A DNA stretch of 64,000 nucleotides from Escherichia coli (GCF_050920415.1 NZ_CP169309.1), one strand, 5' to 3'. Positions 1 through 12,217 are shown, counted from the stretch's first letter. A program made the numbers and translations. The notes: generated from the sequence alone by a model not told the origin.

Positions 1-731
1 AAATCGCGGCGCATCTGTTGGTTTTTCTCCAGCGTGCTGGCGAGCTGGTTGAAGTCTTGCGCCAGTTTGCCCAATTCATCTTCGCTGGTGGGCGTCACGC
101 GAGTAGTGAAATCGCCCGCTGCCAGTTTGTGTGTACCGTCCACCAGTCGTTTGACCGGAGCCAGCAAACCGCGCGCCAGTGGGAATGTCGCCAGCGCCGC
201 TAACAAGGTAGATAAAGCGACAATCAGCCAACTGGTTTGCCTCTGTTGTCTGTCAAAATTGATGTCGGTATTGCGGGTCAGTCGTTCAACAGGGGAGGCG
301 ATCACCGCACCCACTTCCGCCCCATTGACCATAATGGGCCGCCGTGTGCCGTCTGGTGGAATCGGTGCTCGCGGGCCAACCAGCACTTTGTTGTTTTGAT
401 CAACCACCCAGAATTGCGTGCGCCAACCGTGTGGCGGCATACCGGGGCCGGGCTTATCTTCGTTGTTATCATGCTCCAGCGAACGTAGGATCTGAAATAC
501 AAAGCGATCGTTATTACGCAGGAAGCGCCAGTTCCCGTGCTGGGCGTACTGCTCACCAAGCGCATCGCCGAGCATTTGCAGCCGTTGTTCATTACCATGC
601 TTGATGTAATCGATAAAGCCGCGCTCAAAACTGATACGTACCGCCCAGTGCATCGTGATCAATAAGACAATGCAGGTGGCGAAAATCGCCAGAAACAGTT
701 TGCCGGTAATACCGGGTCGCCAGAACTTCAT
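1..731 (-). CDS. baeS: Envelope-stress sensor histidine kinase BaeS, N-terminal portion (gene continues beyond window start)
   Basis: Reverse complement of 661..731 translates [24 protein letters not shown]; ATG at complement(729..731) overlaps the mdtD stop (ATGA). Absent from ORF track because its stop lies outside the window. Confidence 0.85.
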   Translation of the reverse strand, partial: MKFWRPGITGKLFLAIFATCIVLLITMHWAVRISFERGFIDYIKHGNEQRLQMLGDALGEQYAQHGNWRFLRNNDRFVFQILRSLEHDNNEDKPGPGMPPHGWRTQFWVVDQNNKVLVGPRAPIPPDGTRRPIMVNGAEVGAVIASPVERLTRNTDINFDRQQRQTSWLIVALSTLLAALATFPLARGLLAPVKRLVDGTHKLAAGDFTTRVTPTSEDELGKLAQDFNQLASTLEKNQQMRRD

Positions 732-2143
732 TGCGCGCTCCTTTTTCGTCGCGAAATAGCGACATTTTGATGCGTATCGTTTGGCACTCTGGCAAAGACA
801 AACGCCGGAAGGGCGATGATAAACGCCATGCTAAGCCAGGTGTACATAAAGACGGTTTGTGTGGTGCTGCTGTCTACGCTGACATGCTGTGAACCAAAAA
901 GCCCCAGCAACAGCCCGGCGATGGTGACGCCGATACTCATCGATAATTGCATAATCATCGACAGCAGGCTGTTGCCGCTGCTCGCCAGATTGTCTGGTAG
1001 ATCTTTCAGCGTCAGGGTGTTCATGGAGGAGAAACGTGTCGAGTTGACCATTCCTTGTAAAAACAGGACGAACGGCAAAACGTAGTACCAGCCCAGCAGC
1101 GCGGTAGTCATAAACAGCAGGGTGACCAGCGACAGGCCCAGCGTGGTCGCCACCAGTACCCGACGATAACCAAAGCGATTCACCACCTGCACTACAATTC
1201 GCTTCATTCCCATGCTGCCGAGCACCATCGGGATCATCATCAATCCGGCATGAAACGGCGAGAAACCGAGGCCAATCTGTAAGAAAACCGGTGTCATAAA
1301 GGGCAACATGCCACTGCCGATACGTCCGGCAAAGCTCCCCGCCAGGCCCAGCGAAAAGGTACGAGTGCGGAACAGTTTCAGACTGAACAGGGCGCGGTTG
1401 TTGTTTCTGGCGTGCAGCAGATAAAGCACCAGTGCCACCACGCCAATCGCTGCCAGTCCGGCAATCGCCTGCGGTGAAAGTCCCGTGCCTTTACTGCCAT
1501 CCAGCGCCAGCGTTAATACCGCCATGCCGACCGCCAGCAACAAAAAACCGGAGAGATCGAAACGCCGCGTCTGCATGGTGTAGTTTGGCATTAACATCAG
1601 CGTGGCGATCGCACCGATAATCCCTACCGGAATGTTGATCAAAAAGATCCAGTGCCAGGACGCGTATTCCACCAGCAGGCCGCCGAGCGCCGGACCAAGC
1701 AGCGGACCGACTTGCCCGGGCAGCGTAACAAAGGTCATCGCCGCCATATATTGCTCGCGCGGTACAATTTTCATCACCGTCAACCTGCCAACCGGCACCA
1801 TCATCGCGCCGCCAACGCCCTGTAACGCGCGTGCCAGCAACAGTTCGTTTAGCGTGCCGGAAAGCGCGCAAAACAGTGAACCGAGAGTAAACAGTACGAT
1901 GGCGGTAAAGAAAATATTGCGCACGCCGACTTTGTCCGCCAGCCAGCCGCTGGCGGGCAGCATCACCGCCACGGTCAGTACATAAGAGACAATGACCATG
2001 TGCATATGCAACGGACTTTCCCCAAGGCTTTGCGCCATTGAGGGAAGGGCGGTGTTTACGATGGTGGTGTCCAGCGACTGCATAAAGAAGCCGAAAGCCA
2101 CAATCCACAATTGCCAGCGGGTGCTGTCGGGAAGATCTGTCAT
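728..2143 (-). CDS. mdtD: MFS-family putative multidrug transporter MdtD
   Basis: 471-aa ORF with many hydrophobic helices; last gene of the mdtABCD order, directly upstream of baeS. Confidence 0.9.
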   Translation of the reverse strand: MTDLPDSTRWQLWIVAFGFFMQSLDTTIVNTALPSMAQSLGESPLHMHMVIVSYVLTVAVMLPASGWLADKVGVRNIFFTAIVLFTLGSLFCALSGTLNELLLARALQGVGGAMMVPVGRLTVMKIVPREQYMAAMTFVTLPGQVGPLLGPALGGLLVEYASWHWIFLINIPVGIIGAIATLMLMPNYTMQTRRFDLSGFLLLAVGMAVLTLALDGSKGTGLSPQAIAGLAAIGVVALVLYLLHARNNNRALFSLKLFRTRTFSLGLAGSFAGRIGSGMLPFMTPVFLQIGLGFSPFHAGLMMIPMVLGSMGMKRIVVQVVNRFGYRRVLVATTLGLSLVTLLFMTTALLGWYYVLPFVLFLQGMVNSTRFSSMNTLTLKDLPDNLASSGNSLLSMIMQLSMSIGVTIAGLLLGLFGSQHVSVDSSTTQTVFMYTWLSMAFIIALPAFVFARVPNDTHQNVAISRRKRSAQ

Positions 2144-5100
2144 TTACTCGGTTACCGTTTGTTTAGGTTTACGCGAAAAACGCAGCCGCAGACGGTCAAA
2201 AAAGAGATACACCACTGGCGTGGTATACAGCGTCAGAAGCTGGCTCATTACCAGACCTCCGACAATGGTGATCCCCAGGGGTTGGCGCAGCTCCGAGCCG
2301 TCACCGCCCGACAATACCAACGGCAGCGCACCAAACAGCGCCGCCAGGGTAGTCATCATAATCGGGCGAAAACGCAGCAGACAGGCCTGGAAAATAGCTT
2401 CCTGCGGCGTCAGGTTACCGTGCCGTTGGGCTTCGAGCGCAAAATCGACCATCATAATAGCGTTTTTCTTCACGATGCCGATTAATAGCATGATCCCTAT
2501 CAGGGCGATTAGGCTGAACGGGGCATTGAACAGCTCCAGCGCCAACAGCGCTCCAACGCCCGCCGAGGGCAGGGTGGAGAGAATCGTCAATGGATGTACG
2601 TAACTCTCGTAAAGGATACCCAGCACGATATACACCGTGGCGATGGCTGCGATAATCAGGATCACCTGCGAGTTCATCGTCTCCTGGAATACCTGCGCTG
2701 TTCCGGCAAAACTGCCGCGCACCGTCGAAGGCACACCTAGCTGGGTCATTGCGCGGTCAATCGCCGCACTGGCGTCCGAGAGCGATTTTCCGGTCGGCAA
2801 GTTGAACGAGATGGTCGAGGCCGCCGATAATCCCTGATGATTCACCGACAGCGGGGCATTCGCCGGTTGCCATTTAGCGAAATACGACAGCGGGATCGCT
2901 TTTCCTTCGTTATTAATGACGAACATTTTTTCCAGTGCACTGATGTCCTGGGTATAGCGTGGATCCACTTCCATCACCACTTTATACTGGTTCATGGGCT
3001 GGTAAATGGTCGAGATTTGCCGCTGCCCGAAGGCGTTATTCAACAGGCTGTTGGCGGCCTGCACGTCGATTCCCAGTCGTGCCATAGTGTCGCGGTCGTA
3101 AACCAGATTCATCTCCGCGCCGTTATCCTGCTGGTCGGAATTCACGTCCGCCAGTTCCGGTAACGTTGCCAGTTTTTTGCGGATTTTCGGCTCCCATTCG
3201 CGCAGCGCCGCCAGGTCGTCGGACAGCAACGTGTACTGATAACTGGCGTTCGACTGACGTCCGCCAACGCGAATATCTTGCACCGCCATCAGGAACAGAT
3301 TCGCTCCCGGTTCTTTCGCCAGCTTCACCCGTAGACGGTCGATAATTTGCTGCGCCGTTTCGCTGCGCTCGTCGCGTGGTTTGAGAGTGATAAACATCAT
3401 CCCACTGTTCACCCGCGAGCCACCGGTAAAGCCGGTGACATTATCCACTGCCGGATCGTCACGGATAATTTTCATGAAATCCTGCAACTTACCGCGCATC
3501 GCCTGAAACGAAATGCTCTGATCCGCCTGTATCCCGCCCATCAACACGCCGGTGTCCTGCTCCGGGAAGAAGGTTTTCGGGATCGAGATATACAGCCAGA
3601 TATTCAGCGCAATGGTGCCAAGCAGCACTACACCCACCAGACGGGTATGATTGAGCACCCATTTCAGCGACTTGCCGTAGCCTTGTTGCAGAGCAACCAA
3701 CATGCGACCAAAACCACGCAGACGCTTTTGCTCGCGCGGCTTGCTGGCTTTTAGCATCCAGCCGCACATCATCGGCGTTAACGTCAGGGAAACCAGCAAC
3801 GAAATACCAATGGCGACAGAAAGCGTCACGGCAAATTCGCGTAACAGTCGGCCCGGCAATCCGCCCATCAACAGCAGCGGCAGGAACACCGCCACCAGCG
3901 ACAGACTCATCGACAGCACCGTAAAGCCGACTTCGCGAGTACCTTGCAGCGCGGCTTGCAACGGTTTCATCCCCGCTTCCAGATGACGGGCAATGTTTTC
4001 CAGCACCACGATGGCATCATCCACCACAAAGCCAGTGGCGATGGTCAGCGCCATTAACGAAAGATTATTGAGACTGAAACCACACAGATACATCGCGGCA
4101 AACGTACCAATCAGCGAAACCGGCACCGCAACGGCGGGAATAGTAGTGGCGCGACCCGAGCGCAGGAATAAAAACACCACCAGAATCACCAGCGCCACCG
4201 AGATAATCAGCGTTTGCTCGACTTCCTCCAGTGAGGCGCGAATGGTGGGGGAGCGATCCTGGGCAATTTGCAGATCAATCGCCGCCGGAATGGTCTCCTG
4301 CAACTCCGGTAATTTTGCCCGGATGCTGTCAACCGTCTGGATAATATTGGCTTCCGGCAGCTTGCGGATCATCAGCAAAATAGCCGGTTTAGCGTTGGTC
4401 ATCCCGGCGTTGCGCACATCCTGCACCGAATCGGTCACCGTCGCCACATCGCCCAGACGAACCGCGCCGCCGTTGTTGTAATGAATAATCAGCGGTTGGT
4501 ATTCGGTAGCGGTTTTTAGCTCATCATTGGTCTGTATCTGCCAGCGGTGAGTGCCATCTTCCAGCGCCCCCTGCGGTTTACGCACGTTGGCATTGCTGAT
4601 GGCAGTGCGCACATCGTCCAGCGAGACGCCCTGATTAAACAGCGCCTGCGGGTTCAGCCCAACGCGCACGGCGGGCAACGAGCTGCCGCCGACATCGACA
4701 TCACCGACGCCGTCGATTTGCGAAATTGTCGGAGCCAGTTGCGTCGAGGCGAAATCGTACAGTTCACCTTGCGAATAAGTATCGGATGTCAGCGTGAGGA
4801 TCATAATTGGCGCATCCGAAGGATTCGCTTTGCGATAGGTCGGACGGCTTGGCATCCCACTGGGCAGCAAACTTTGCGCGGCGTTGATCGCCGCCTGCAC
4901 ATCGCGCGCCGCGCCGTTGATATCCCGGTCAAAATCAAACTGCAAAATAATACGCGTGCTGCCAAGCGAACTGCTGGAGGTCATTTCACTGACCCCGGCG
5001 ATGCGCCCAAGTGAGCGCTCCAGCGGCGTGGCGACGGAAGACGCCATTGTCTCCGGTGATGCACCGGGCAGCGAGGCGCTGACCATAATCACCGGAAAAT

Positions 5101-5221
5101 CGACCTGTGGCAGCGGGGCGACCGGCAGCATACGGAAACCCAGTATTCCGCACAGGGTAATGGCGACCGACAGTAAAATCGTCGCCACCGGGCGGTAAAT
5201 GAAGAGGGCAAAAAACTTCAC
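2144..5221 (-). CDS. mdtC: RND multidrug efflux pump subunit MdtC
   Basis: 1025-aa ORF with RND-type conserved segments (e.g. [30 protein letters not shown]); adjacent to mdtB. Confidence 0.95.
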   Translation of the reverse strand: MKFFALFIYRPVATILLSVAITLCGILGFRMLPVAPLPQVDFPVIMVSASLPGASPETMASSVATPLERSLGRIAGVSEMTSSSSLGSTRIILQFDFDRDINGAARDVQAAINAAQSLLPSGMPSRPTYRKANPSDAPIMILTLTSDTYSQGELYDFASTQLAPTISQIDGVGDVDVGGSSLPAVRVGLNPQALFNQGVSLDDVRTAISNANVRKPQGALEDGTHRWQIQTNDELKTATEYQPLIIHYNNGGAVRLGDVATVTDSVQDVRNAGMTNAKPAILLMIRKLPEANIIQTVDSIRAKLPELQETIPAAIDLQIAQDRSPTIRASLEEVEQTLIISVALVILVVFLFLRSGRATTIPAVAVPVSLIGTFAAMYLCGFSLNNLSLMALTIATGFVVDDAIVVLENIARHLEAGMKPLQAALQGTREVGFTVLSMSLSLVAVFLPLLLMGGLPGRLLREFAVTLSVAIGISLLVSLTLTPMMCGWMLKASKPREQKRLRGFGRMLVALQQGYGKSLKWVLNHTRLVGVVLLGTIALNIWLYISIPKTFFPEQDTGVLMGGIQADQSISFQAMRGKLQDFMKIIRDDPAVDNVTGFTGGSRVNSGMMFITLKPRDERSETAQQIIDRLRVKLAKEPGANLFLMAVQDIRVGGRQSNASYQYTLLSDDLAALREWEPKIRKKLATLPELADVNSDQQDNGAEMNLVYDRDTMARLGIDVQAANSLLNNAFGQRQISTIYQPMNQYKVVMEVDPRYTQDISALEKMFVINNEGKAIPLSYFAKWQPANAPLSVNHQGLSAASTISFNLPTGKSLSDASAAIDRAMTQLGVPSTVRGSFAGTAQVFQETMNSQVILIIAAIATVYIVLGILYESYVHPLTILSTLPSAGVGALLALELFNAPFSLIALIGIMLLIGIVKKNAIMMVDFALEAQRHGNLTPQEAIFQACLLRFRPIMMTTLAALFGALPLVLSGGDGSELRQPLGITIVGGLVMSQLLTLYTTPVVYLFFDRLRLRFSRKPKQTVTE

Positions 5222-8200
5222 TTACGCCTCCTCTTCATGACGGACAAAGCGACTTTTGGTCCACAATGCCAGGCGGTCGAACAGCAGATAAATCACCGGC
5301 GTGGTGAACAGCGTCAGCACCTGGCTAACAATCAGGCCGCCGACCATGCCGATGCCTAACGGACGACGTAGTTCCGCGCCGACTCCGGTGCTCAACATCA
5401 GCGGCAGCGCGCCAAGCAGTGCCGCCAGAGTGGTCATCAGGATCGGACGAAAACGCAGCAAACAGGCCTGGTAAATTGCATCGCGCGGCGACATGCCTTG
5501 CTCGCGCTCGGCAGCCAGCGCGAAGTCGATCATCATGATGGCGTTTTTCTTCACAATACCGATCAGCAAAATAATGCCGATGATGGCGATCACATCCAGC
5601 TCACTTCCGGCAATCATTAGCGCCAGCAGTGCGCCAACACCTGCCGTTGGCAACGTCGAGAGAATGGTGATCGGGTGGATAAAGCTCTCGTACAGAATGC
5701 CGAGCACGATATACATCGCCACCACCGCTGCGACAATCAGCCAGACAGTGCTGCCCAATGCCGACTGGAAGGCGAGGGTGCTGCCCTGGAATTGTGTGGT
5801 GATATCCACCGGCAGATTCAGTGTCTTTTCGGTATCCATAATTGCCTGCACCGCATCACCGAGAGAATAGTTATCCGGCACGTTAAAGGAGATGGTCGTT
5901 ACCGGGAACTGATCCAGATGGTTGATGGAGAGCGGCGCAAAACGCTGCTCAATTTTGGCAATTGAGCTTAACGGCACCACGCCACCGTCGCTGCTGGTCA
6001 GGCGAATGGTATCCAGCGCCGCAAGCCCTGGGGTATTTTCGGTATTGTGCTCCAGCACCACGCGATACTGGTTAGCCTGAGTATAAATAGTGGAAATCAG
6101 CCGCTGACCAAACGCGTTGTACAGGGCGTTATCGACGTCCGCCATGCTGATCCCCAGACGGCTGGCGCTGTCGCGATCAACATTGACATACGCCACCAGC
6201 CCTTTGTCCTGCCAATCGCTGGAGACATCAGAAAGCTGCGGCAGCTGCTGGAGTTTTTCCACGAGTTGCGGCACCCAGGTACTGAGCGCATCCAGCGATG
6301 TGGCCTGCAAGGTAAACTGGTACTGGGTGCGGCTGACCTGAGTATCGATAGTCAGATCCTGCGTTGGTTGCAGGAAGAGATCGACACCCGGCACTTTATC
6401 GACCGCCGATTGCAGACGGGAGATAACTTTTTGCACCCGGTCATCACGTTCATCCAACGGTTTGAGGTTGATCTGTAAACGCGCACTGTTCAGCGACGGG
6501 TTAGTGCCATCAACGCCAACAAACGAGGTCAGACTTTGCACTGCCGGATCCTGCAAAATCACATCCGCGACCTGGCGTTGCCGCTGGGCCATATTGGCAA
6601 AGGAGCTGGACTGCGGTGCCTGCAAAGTGCCCTGAATAATGCCGTTGTCCTGTACCGGGAAGAAACCTTTCGGAATGAACACCCACAATAGAACGCTCAG
6701 CAGCAGCGTGCTGAGCGCCACGCTTAAGGTCAGCCACGGATGATTCAGCACTTTCGCCAGTCCACGACCATAGGCGGCAATTATCCTGTCGAACATTTTT
6801 TCCGAGGCCCGGGAGAAGCGGTTCTGTTTACGCAGCGACTCCTGGCTGAGCATCCGCGCGCACATCATCGGTGTCAGGGTCAGCGACACCACGGCTGAGA
6901 TCAAAATCGCTACCGCCAGGGTAATGGCAAATTCGCGGAACAGTCGCCCGACGATATCGCCCATAAACAGCAGCGGGATCAGCACTGCAATCAGTGAGAA
7001 GGTCAGCGAGATTATGGTAAAGCCGATTTCACCCGCGCCCTTGAGCGCCGCCGCCAACGGTTTTTCGCCTTTTTCGATATAGCGGGAAATGTTTTCGATC
7101 ACCACGATGGCGTCATCGACCACGAATCCGGTGGCGATGGTTAACGCCATCAGCGTCAGGTTATTGATTGAAAAATCGAGAAACACCATAACCGCAAAGG
7201 TGCCAATTAACGACAGCGGCACCGCGACGCCAGGAATGATGGTCGCCGGAATATTGCGCAGAAACAGGTAGATAATCATGACTACCAGCGCGATAGCCAT
7301 CATCAGCTCAAACTGGGTATCGTCGACCGATGCGCGGATATTGGTAGTGCGATCGGAAAGTACCGTCACCTTCACCGATTTCGGCAGACTCTCGGTGAGC
7401 TGTGGCAGCATCTGCCGGATGCTGTCGGCGGTAGAGATAATGTTAGCACCGGGCTGGCGCTGAACATTCATCACAATGGCCTGTTCTTTGTTCGCCCATG
7501 CGCCAAGCCAACTGTTTTCTGCGCCTTGTTCAACGGTTGCGACATCACCAAGACGAATCGGCGCGCCGTTCTGGTAGGCGATAATCAACTGGCGATATTC
7601 ATCTGCAGATTGCATCTGGTCGTTCGCGGAAAGCGTGACCGCGCGGGAAGGGCCGTCGAGGCTACCTTTAGCCGAGTTAACGTTAGCGCCGGTAATGGCG
7701 GTGCGCACGGTTTCGCTGGTCAGGCCGAGGGCGGCAATCGCCTGGGCGTTAAGTTTGACGCGAACAGCCGGACGCTGACCGCCGGAAAGCGTCACCAGCC
7801 CGACGCCGGAAATCTGCGAGATCTTCTGCGCGACGCGGGTTTCCACCATGTCTTCCACTTGCGTCATCGGCATGGCGGTTGATGTGACGGCAAGCGTCAT
7901 GATCGGCGGATCTGCCGGGTTCACTTTGCTGTAAACCGGCGGGTTAGGCAGATCGCTCGGCAACAAGTTGGTCGCAGCGTTAATCGCGGCCTGCACTTCC
8001 TGCTCGGCGACATCCAGCGGTAATGTTAGCTGGAACTGCAAAGTGATAACTGACGCGCCGCCGGAACTTTGCGACGACATCTGTTTCAGGCCGGACATCT
8101 GCCCGAACTGGCGTTCGAGCGGTGCGGTAACGGCAGAGGTCATGACATCCGGGCTGGCACCTGGGTAGAGGGTGACCACCTGAATGGTTGGATAGTCCAC

Positions 8201-8344
8201 TTCCGGCAGCGCCGAAACGGGCAGGGCACGATAACCGATAATCCCGGCGAGTAAGATCGCCACCATCAGCAGCGTGGTGGCGACAGGACGCATAATAAAC
8301 AGGCGCGACGGGCCGCCTGTGCTGCTCGGGGGTAACACCTGCAT
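5222..8344 (-). CDS. mdtB: RND multidrug efflux pump subunit MdtB
   Basis: 1040-aa ORF paralogous to the mdtC product; stop/start overlap with mdtA. Confidence 0.95.
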   Translation of the reverse strand: MQVLPPSSTGGPSRLFIMRPVATTLLMVAILLAGIIGYRALPVSALPEVDYPTIQVVTLYPGASPDVMTSAVTAPLERQFGQMSGLKQMSSQSSGGASVITLQFQLTLPLDVAEQEVQAAINAATNLLPSDLPNPPVYSKVNPADPPIMTLAVTSTAMPMTQVEDMVETRVAQKISQISGVGLVTLSGGQRPAVRVKLNAQAIAALGLTSETVRTAITGANVNSAKGSLDGPSRAVTLSANDQMQSADEYRQLIIAYQNGAPIRLGDVATVEQGAENSWLGAWANKEQAIVMNVQRQPGANIISTADSIRQMLPQLTESLPKSVKVTVLSDRTTNIRASVDDTQFELMMAIALVVMIIYLFLRNIPATIIPGVAVPLSLIGTFAVMVFLDFSINNLTLMALTIATGFVVDDAIVVIENISRYIEKGEKPLAAALKGAGEIGFTIISLTFSLIAVLIPLLFMGDIVGRLFREFAITLAVAILISAVVSLTLTPMMCARMLSQESLRKQNRFSRASEKMFDRIIAAYGRGLAKVLNHPWLTLSVALSTLLLSVLLWVFIPKGFFPVQDNGIIQGTLQAPQSSSFANMAQRQRQVADVILQDPAVQSLTSFVGVDGTNPSLNSARLQINLKPLDERDDRVQKVISRLQSAVDKVPGVDLFLQPTQDLTIDTQVSRTQYQFTLQATSLDALSTWVPQLVEKLQQLPQLSDVSSDWQDKGLVAYVNVDRDSASRLGISMADVDNALYNAFGQRLISTIYTQANQYRVVLEHNTENTPGLAALDTIRLTSSDGGVVPLSSIAKIEQRFAPLSINHLDQFPVTTISFNVPDNYSLGDAVQAIMDTEKTLNLPVDITTQFQGSTLAFQSALGSTVWLIVAAVVAMYIVLGILYESFIHPITILSTLPTAGVGALLALMIAGSELDVIAIIGIILLIGIVKKNAIMMIDFALAAEREQGMSPRDAIYQACLLRFRPILMTTLAALLGALPLMLSTGVGAELRRPLGIGMVGGLIVSQVLTLFTTPVIYLLFDRLALWTKSRFVRHEEEA

Positions 8345-9591
8345 CAGGAGCGTGCTCCTTTTTTCACGTATTCGCGGCTGGTGGCTTTCTCTTCCGAAGT
8401 GGTGGCGCTTTGAGCTTCAACCACTTCCACTTTCGCCCCTTCGGTCAGACGATCAATGCCATCCGTCACTACGCGGTCGCCTGCAGAAATACCTGCGCGG
8501 ATCACCACTTTCTGACTGTCCTGAATGCCCGGCGTCACCAGATGTTTGCTGACTTTGTTTTCGCTATTCAGCACCCAGACAAAATGGCCTTCGTTGCCCA
8601 TTTGCAGGGCGGCGGTGGGGATCACCACGGCGTTTTGTTCGGTGTCGACTAACATGCGAGCGTTAACAAACTGATTGGGAAACAGCGCATCATCCTGATT
8701 ATTAAAGCGTGCTTTCACTTTAATCGTACCGGTAGTGGCATCGATTTGGTTATCGAGACTTAACAGCGTGCCTTCACTTAATTTCTTCGAGTTGGTGCGA
8801 TCCCAGGCTTCAACAACCAGCGGTTTTCCGGCTTTTTGCGCCTGTACTACGGTAGTGATATCGCTTTCCGGCAGGGTAAAGAGCAAATCGATAGGATGCG
8901 TCTGGGTGATCACCACAATCCCGGTGGTATCACCACTGGAGATTTGGTTACCAACATCAACCTGCTTGAGACCAACGCGACCATCGACTGGTGCGGTGAT
9001 GCGGCTCCAGTCGAGTTGCAGCTGCGCACTGGCGACGCTCGCTTCATCAGCCTTAATGGTACCTTCGGTTTCACTGACCAGCGCCTGTTGGGCATCCAAT
9101 TCCTGACGGGAGACGAGATTGGTTTTTGCCAGTTGCTGATAACGCGCTAAATCACGGCGGGCGTTGGCTAGCGTGGCTTTATCTTTTGCCAGTTGCCCCT
9201 GAGCTTGTGCTAATGCAACTTTGAACTGGCTGGGGTCAATTTCTGCCAGTAAATCGCCTGCTTTGACCTGCTGACCCTCCTGGAAATGTAATGCCATCAG
9301 TTGACCATCTACGCGACTGCGCACCGTAACGGTGTTAGCAGCGGTAATCGTACCAAGCCCGGTGAGGTAACGCGGAACCGCCTGTTCCACGGCAGTTGCT
9401 GCCTGAACCGGGGCCAATGGGCCGGAACGCATACCACGGCGGCCACCGGCTGGCGACTGCTGTGCTTGCTTCGTCGCACCTGGCGCTGCGCTCTGGGATT
9501 CATTGCGGCCTTGCCAGAACCAGAAAGCGGCGATGGCGGCGATAACCACCACGATTACGATTACCCAACGGGATTTATAACTGCCTTTCAT
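8344..9591 (-). CDS. mdtA: Membrane fusion (periplasmic adaptor) protein MdtA
   Basis: ORF track gives a 464-aa frame; the likely start is the internal ATG at complement(9589..9591), giving [26 protein letters not shown]... (415 aa) with an N-terminal anchor helix. Confidence 0.88.
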   Translation of the reverse strand: MKGSYKSRWVIVIVVVIAAIAAFWFWQGRNESQSAAPGATKQAQQSPAGGRRGMRSGPLAPVQAATAVEQAVPRYLTGLGTITAANTVTVRSRVDGQLMALHFQEGQQVKAGDLLAEIDPSQFKVALAQAQGQLAKDKATLANARRDLARYQQLAKTNLVSRQELDAQQALVSETEGTIKADEASVASAQLQLDWSRITAPVDGRVGLKQVDVGNQISSGDTTGIVVITQTHPIDLLFTLPESDITTVVQAQKAGKPLVVEAWDRTNSKKLSEGTLLSLDNQIDATTGTIKVKARFNNQDDALFPNQFVNARMLVDTEQNAVVIPTAALQMGNEGHFVWVLNSENKVSKHLVTPGIQDSQKVVIRAGISAGDRVVTDGIDRLTEGAKVEVVEAQSATTSEEKATSREYVKKGARS

Positions 9592-9644
9592 CGTTAAGAG
9601 TTTCTCTTCCTGAAACGTTTCGCGGAATGATACTAGTGTAGCCA

Positions 9645-9662
9645 GCCAATAAGGGAGAAAAA
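9645..9662 (-). promoter_or_regulatory. Candidate BaeR response-regulator box in the mdtA promoter
   Basis: Minus strand reads TTTTTCTCCCTTATTGGC, a 17/18 match to my recalled BaeR consensus TTTTTCTCCATDATTGGC; ~55-70 nt upstream of the mdtA start. Confidence 0.45.
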
Positions 9663-9814
9663 TGGAGGAATTATGAAACACTGTCGGGAATCGTCTGAAT
9701 GACGGGCACTTTTGCGAGCACGCATCCAGTAATAACACAGGAAACTATTTTATCTACGCGTTAGCGATAGACTGCATTAAGGGCAAAAGGAGGTAGGCCG
9801 ACGATTTCAGCGGG

Positions 9815-9975
9815 ACGCTGAAACGGGAAAGCCCCTCCCGAGGAAGGGGCCTTAAATAAGGAAAGGGTCATGATGAAGTGGATCATCATCGTGGTGCTCT
9901 TAGTCGTTAGCTACCCAGCTTACTAAGACTACCAGGGCGGGGGAAACCCCGCTCTACCCTCACTCCTGAAAGTAT
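9815..9975 (-). ncRNA. Sib-family antisense sRNA (antitoxin), copy 1; boundaries approximate
   Basis: Inferred from the known Sib/Ibs geometry (sRNA fully overlaps the toxin ORF on the opposite strand); minus-strand hairpin GCCCCUUCC-UCG-GGAGGGGC followed by a U-containing tract near 9820-9845 could be its terminator. Confidence 0.4.
9870..9926 (+). CDS. Ibs-family type I toxin, copy 1 (18 aa: MMKWIIIVVLLVVSYPAY)
   Basis: ATG ATG AAG ... TAC TAA read directly; preceded by aaggaaagg Shine-Dalgarno; not in ORF track (below size cutoff). Resembles E. coli IbsA/IbsB peptides. Confidence 0.6.
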   Translation: MMKWIIIVVLLVVSYPAY

Positions 9976-10142
9976 GCCTTCACAATCAGATTGTCAATCC
10001 GCAGGCTTTGTAGTCTGCGATCCTGCCAGCAAATATTCTTTGCGAGACGTTACGCAATAATCACAGATGAAACTATTTTATCTACGCGTTAGCGATAGAC
10101 TGCATTCAGGGCAAAAGGAGGTAGGCCGCCGATTTCAGCGGG

Positions 10143-10303
10143 ACGCTGAAACGGGAAAGCCCCTCCCGAGGAAGGGGCCTTAAATAAGGAAAGGGTCATG
10201 ATGAAGATACTCATCATCGTGGTGCTCTTAGTCATTAGCTTACCGGCTTACTAAGACTACCAGGGCGGGGGAAACCCCGCTCTACCCTCACTCCTGAAAG
10301 TAT
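10143..10303 (-). ncRNA. Sib-family antisense sRNA, copy 2; boundaries approximate
   Basis: By position relative to Ibs copy 2, same repeat unit. Confidence 0.4.
10198..10254 (+). CDS. Ibs-family type I toxin, copy 2 (18 aa: MMKILIIVVLLVISLPAY)
   Basis: Same architecture as copy 1, 328 bp downstream. Confidence 0.6.
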   Translation: MMKILIIVVLLVISLPAY

Positions 10304-10470
10304 GCCTTCACAATCAGATTGTCAATCCGCAGGCTTTGTAGTCTGCGATCCTGCCAGCAAATATTCTTTGCGAGACGTTACGCAATAATCACATGTGAAA
10401 CTATTTTATCTGCAAGTTAGCGATAGACTGCTTGCATGGCGAAAGGAGGTAGGCCGCCGATTTCAGCGGG

Positions 10471-10631
10471 ACGCTGAAACGGGAAAGCCCCTCCCGAGGA
10501 AGGGGCCTTAAATAAGGAAAGGGTCATGATGAAGCTACTCATCATCGTGGTGCTCTTAGTTATTAGCTGGCCAGCTTACTAAGACTACCAGGGCGGGGGA
10601 AACCCCGCTCTACCCTCACTCCTGAAGTTAT
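10471..10631 (-). ncRNA. Sib-family antisense sRNA, copy 3; boundaries approximate
   Basis: By position relative to Ibs copy 3; the 5' flank of this unit is divergent so the sRNA may be altered. Confidence 0.3.
10526..10582 (+). CDS. Ibs-family type I toxin, copy 3 (18 aa: MMKLLIIVVLLVISWPAY)
   Basis: Same architecture; the distal part of this repeat unit diverges after the ORF. Confidence 0.55.
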   Translation: MMKLLIIVVLLVISWPAY

Positions 10632-10799
10632 GTTACTCCACCCTTATTGTCAATCTGTAAGTCCACGTTCTTGCGGGGCGAATAGCAAAACCCTCTGCGC
10701 TTATGGGCCGAATTCTGAAAGTTGCTTTGCCTGCTCTTATTTCATTATTGCAGTCGGTATGATACCGGACCTCAATAATTCTCTAAGAAAGGATTTCTT

Positions 10800-11459
10800 A
10801 TGAGCGAACAAATCACGTTTGCCACCAGCGATTTTGCCAGTAACCCGGAACCACGTTGCCCCTGCATTTTGCTGTTGGATGTTTCTGGTTCGATGAGTGG
10901 TAGACCTATTAATGAACTTAACGCCGGATTGGTTACCTTTCGCGATGAGCTGCTTGCCGATTCGCTGGCCTTAAAAAGAGTGGAACTCGGTATTGTGACG
11001 TTCGGCCCGGTGCATGTGGAACAACCATTTACCAGCGCCGCTAATTTTTTCCCGCCCATCCTGTTTGCCCAGGGCGATACACCAATGGGGGCCGCCATTA
11101 CCAAAGCCCTGAATATGGTTGAGGAGCGCAAACGTGAGTATCGCGCCAATGGTATTTCCTATTATCGTCCGTGGATTTTCCTGATTACCGATGGCGCACC
11201 AACCGATGAGTGGCAGGCTGCTGCCAACAAGGTGTTTCAGGGGGAAGAAGATAAGAAGTTTGCCTTCTTTTCCATCGGTGTTCAGGGGGCGGATATGAAG
11301 ACGCTGGCCCAAATCAGCGTTCGTCAGCCTTTGCCTCTTCAAGGATTACAATTCCGCGAACTGTTTAGCTGGTTATCCAGTTCGCTGCGTTCGGTTTCCC
11401 GCTCCACGCCGGGAATGGAAGTTGTACTGGAAGCGCCAAAAGGCTGGACGTCAGTGTGA
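10800..11459 (+). CDS. yegL: von Willebrand factor A (vWA) domain protein YegL
   Basis: 219 aa; MIDAS-like motif DVSGSMSG near the N-terminus and ITDGAPTD later. Confidence 0.85.
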   Translation: MSEQITFATSDFASNPEPRCPCILLLDVSGSMSGRPINELNAGLVTFRDELLADSLALKRVELGIVTFGPVHVEQPFTSAANFFPPILFAQGDTPMGAAITKALNMVEERKREYRANGISYYRPWIFLITDGAPTDEWQAAANKVFQGEEDKKFAFFSIGVQGADMKTLAQISVRQPLPLQGLQFRELFSWLSSSLRSVSRSTPGMEVVLEAPKGWTSV

Positions 11460-12217
11460 GCTGGCGTCTGGTTTATGCATCAGCCGTTGGAACGTCGCAC
11501 ATCAGCGCTGACTTGTCTTGCCAGGATGCCTGCCAGATGCAGGTTGTCTGGCTAAATGACCAGCAGCCATTATTGACGGTATTTGTCGCTGATGGCGCAG
11601 GCAGCGTTTCGCAGGGTGGCGAAGGTGCGACGCTTGCCGTCAATGAAGCGATGGCTTATATGATGCAAAAAGTGCAGGGCGGGGAATTGGGGCTTAATGA
11701 TGTCCTCGCAACGGATATTGTGCTGACCGTTCGTCAGCGACTTTTTGCCGAGGCGGAAGCTAAAGAATTAGCAGTTCGTGATTTTGCCTGCACGTTTCTG
11801 GGACTGATTTCATCGCCTAACGGCACATTGATTATGCAGATTGGCGATGGCGGCGTGGTGGTAGATTTGGGTCACGATCTGCAATTGCCGCTCACGCCGA
11901 TGGTGGGTGAATATGCCAACATGACGCATTTCATTACCGATGAAGATGCCGTTTCCAGACTTGAAACTTTCACCAGCACTGAGCGTGCGCATAGAGTTGC
12001 AGCATTTACGGATGGTATTCAGAGACTGGCGTTAAATATGCTGGATAATTCTCCGCATGTGCCTTTCTTTACCCCGTTTTTCAATGGACTGGCGTCAGCA
12101 ACGCAGGAACAACTCGATTTATTACCTGAATTGTTAAAGCAGTTTTTGTCCAGCCCAGCGGTAAACGAGCGTACCGATGATGATAAAACGTTAGCACTGG
12201 CTATGTGGACAGAATGA
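11456..12217 (+). CDS. yegK: PP2C-family Ser/Thr protein phosphatase YegK (PphC)
   Basis: 253 aa; GTG start at 11456 overlaps the yegL stop (GTGA); metal-binding-like motifs FVADGAGS and IGDGGVVV. Confidence 0.8.
   Translation: MSWRLVYASAVGTSHISADLSCQDACQMQVVWLNDQQPLLTVFVADGAGSVSQGGEGATLAVNEAMAYMMQKVQGGELGLNDVLATDIVLTVRQRLFAEAEAKELAVRDFACTFLGLISSPNGTLIMQIGDGGVVVDLGHDLQLPLTPMVGEYANMTHFITDEDAVSRLETFTSTERAHRVAAFTDGIQRLALNMLDNSPHVPFFTPFFNGLASATQEQLDLLPELLKQFLSSPAVNERTDDDKTLALAMWTE

Larger units (their letters stand above)
9740..10625. repeat. Three tandem ~328-bp repeat units (ibs/sib type I toxin-antitoxin repeats)
   Basis: Near-identical blocks start at ~9743, ~10071 and ~10399 (...gaaactattttatctacgcgttagcgatagactgcatt...). 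Each contains a GC hairpin (gcccctcccgaggaaggggc), a Shine-Dalgarno sequence and an 18-codon hydrophobic ORF. Confidence 0.85.

Noticed and set aside
1491-5014. Numerous 60-250-aa ORFs antisense to or out of frame with mdtD/mdtC/mdtB (e.g. 1491..2108 -, 1992..2603 +, 3347..3754 +, 3993..4481 +, 4547..5014 +).
   Set aside because: They lie entirely inside long, well-supported genes, have Arg/Ser/Pro-rich low-complexity translations typical of shadow frames in GC-rich coding DNA, and have no recognisable motifs.
8344-9738. Extended N-termini in the ORF track for mdtA (464 aa), and similarly udk (20920), yegD (16318), yegH (26280), wzc (28428), wcaD (33251), cpsG (41276), wcaK (45639), galF (49776) and wzy (58783).
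   Set aside because: In each case an internal start gives a protein beginning with the recognisable conserved N-terminus and removes an overlap with the upstream gene; the upstream extensions look like in-frame read-through of intergenic sequence.
9740-10625. Tandem repeat array considered as a possible CRISPR array.
   Set aside because: The period is ~328 bp with each unit containing a small ORF and promoter-like sequences; there are no short direct repeats separated by unique spacers and no cas genes.
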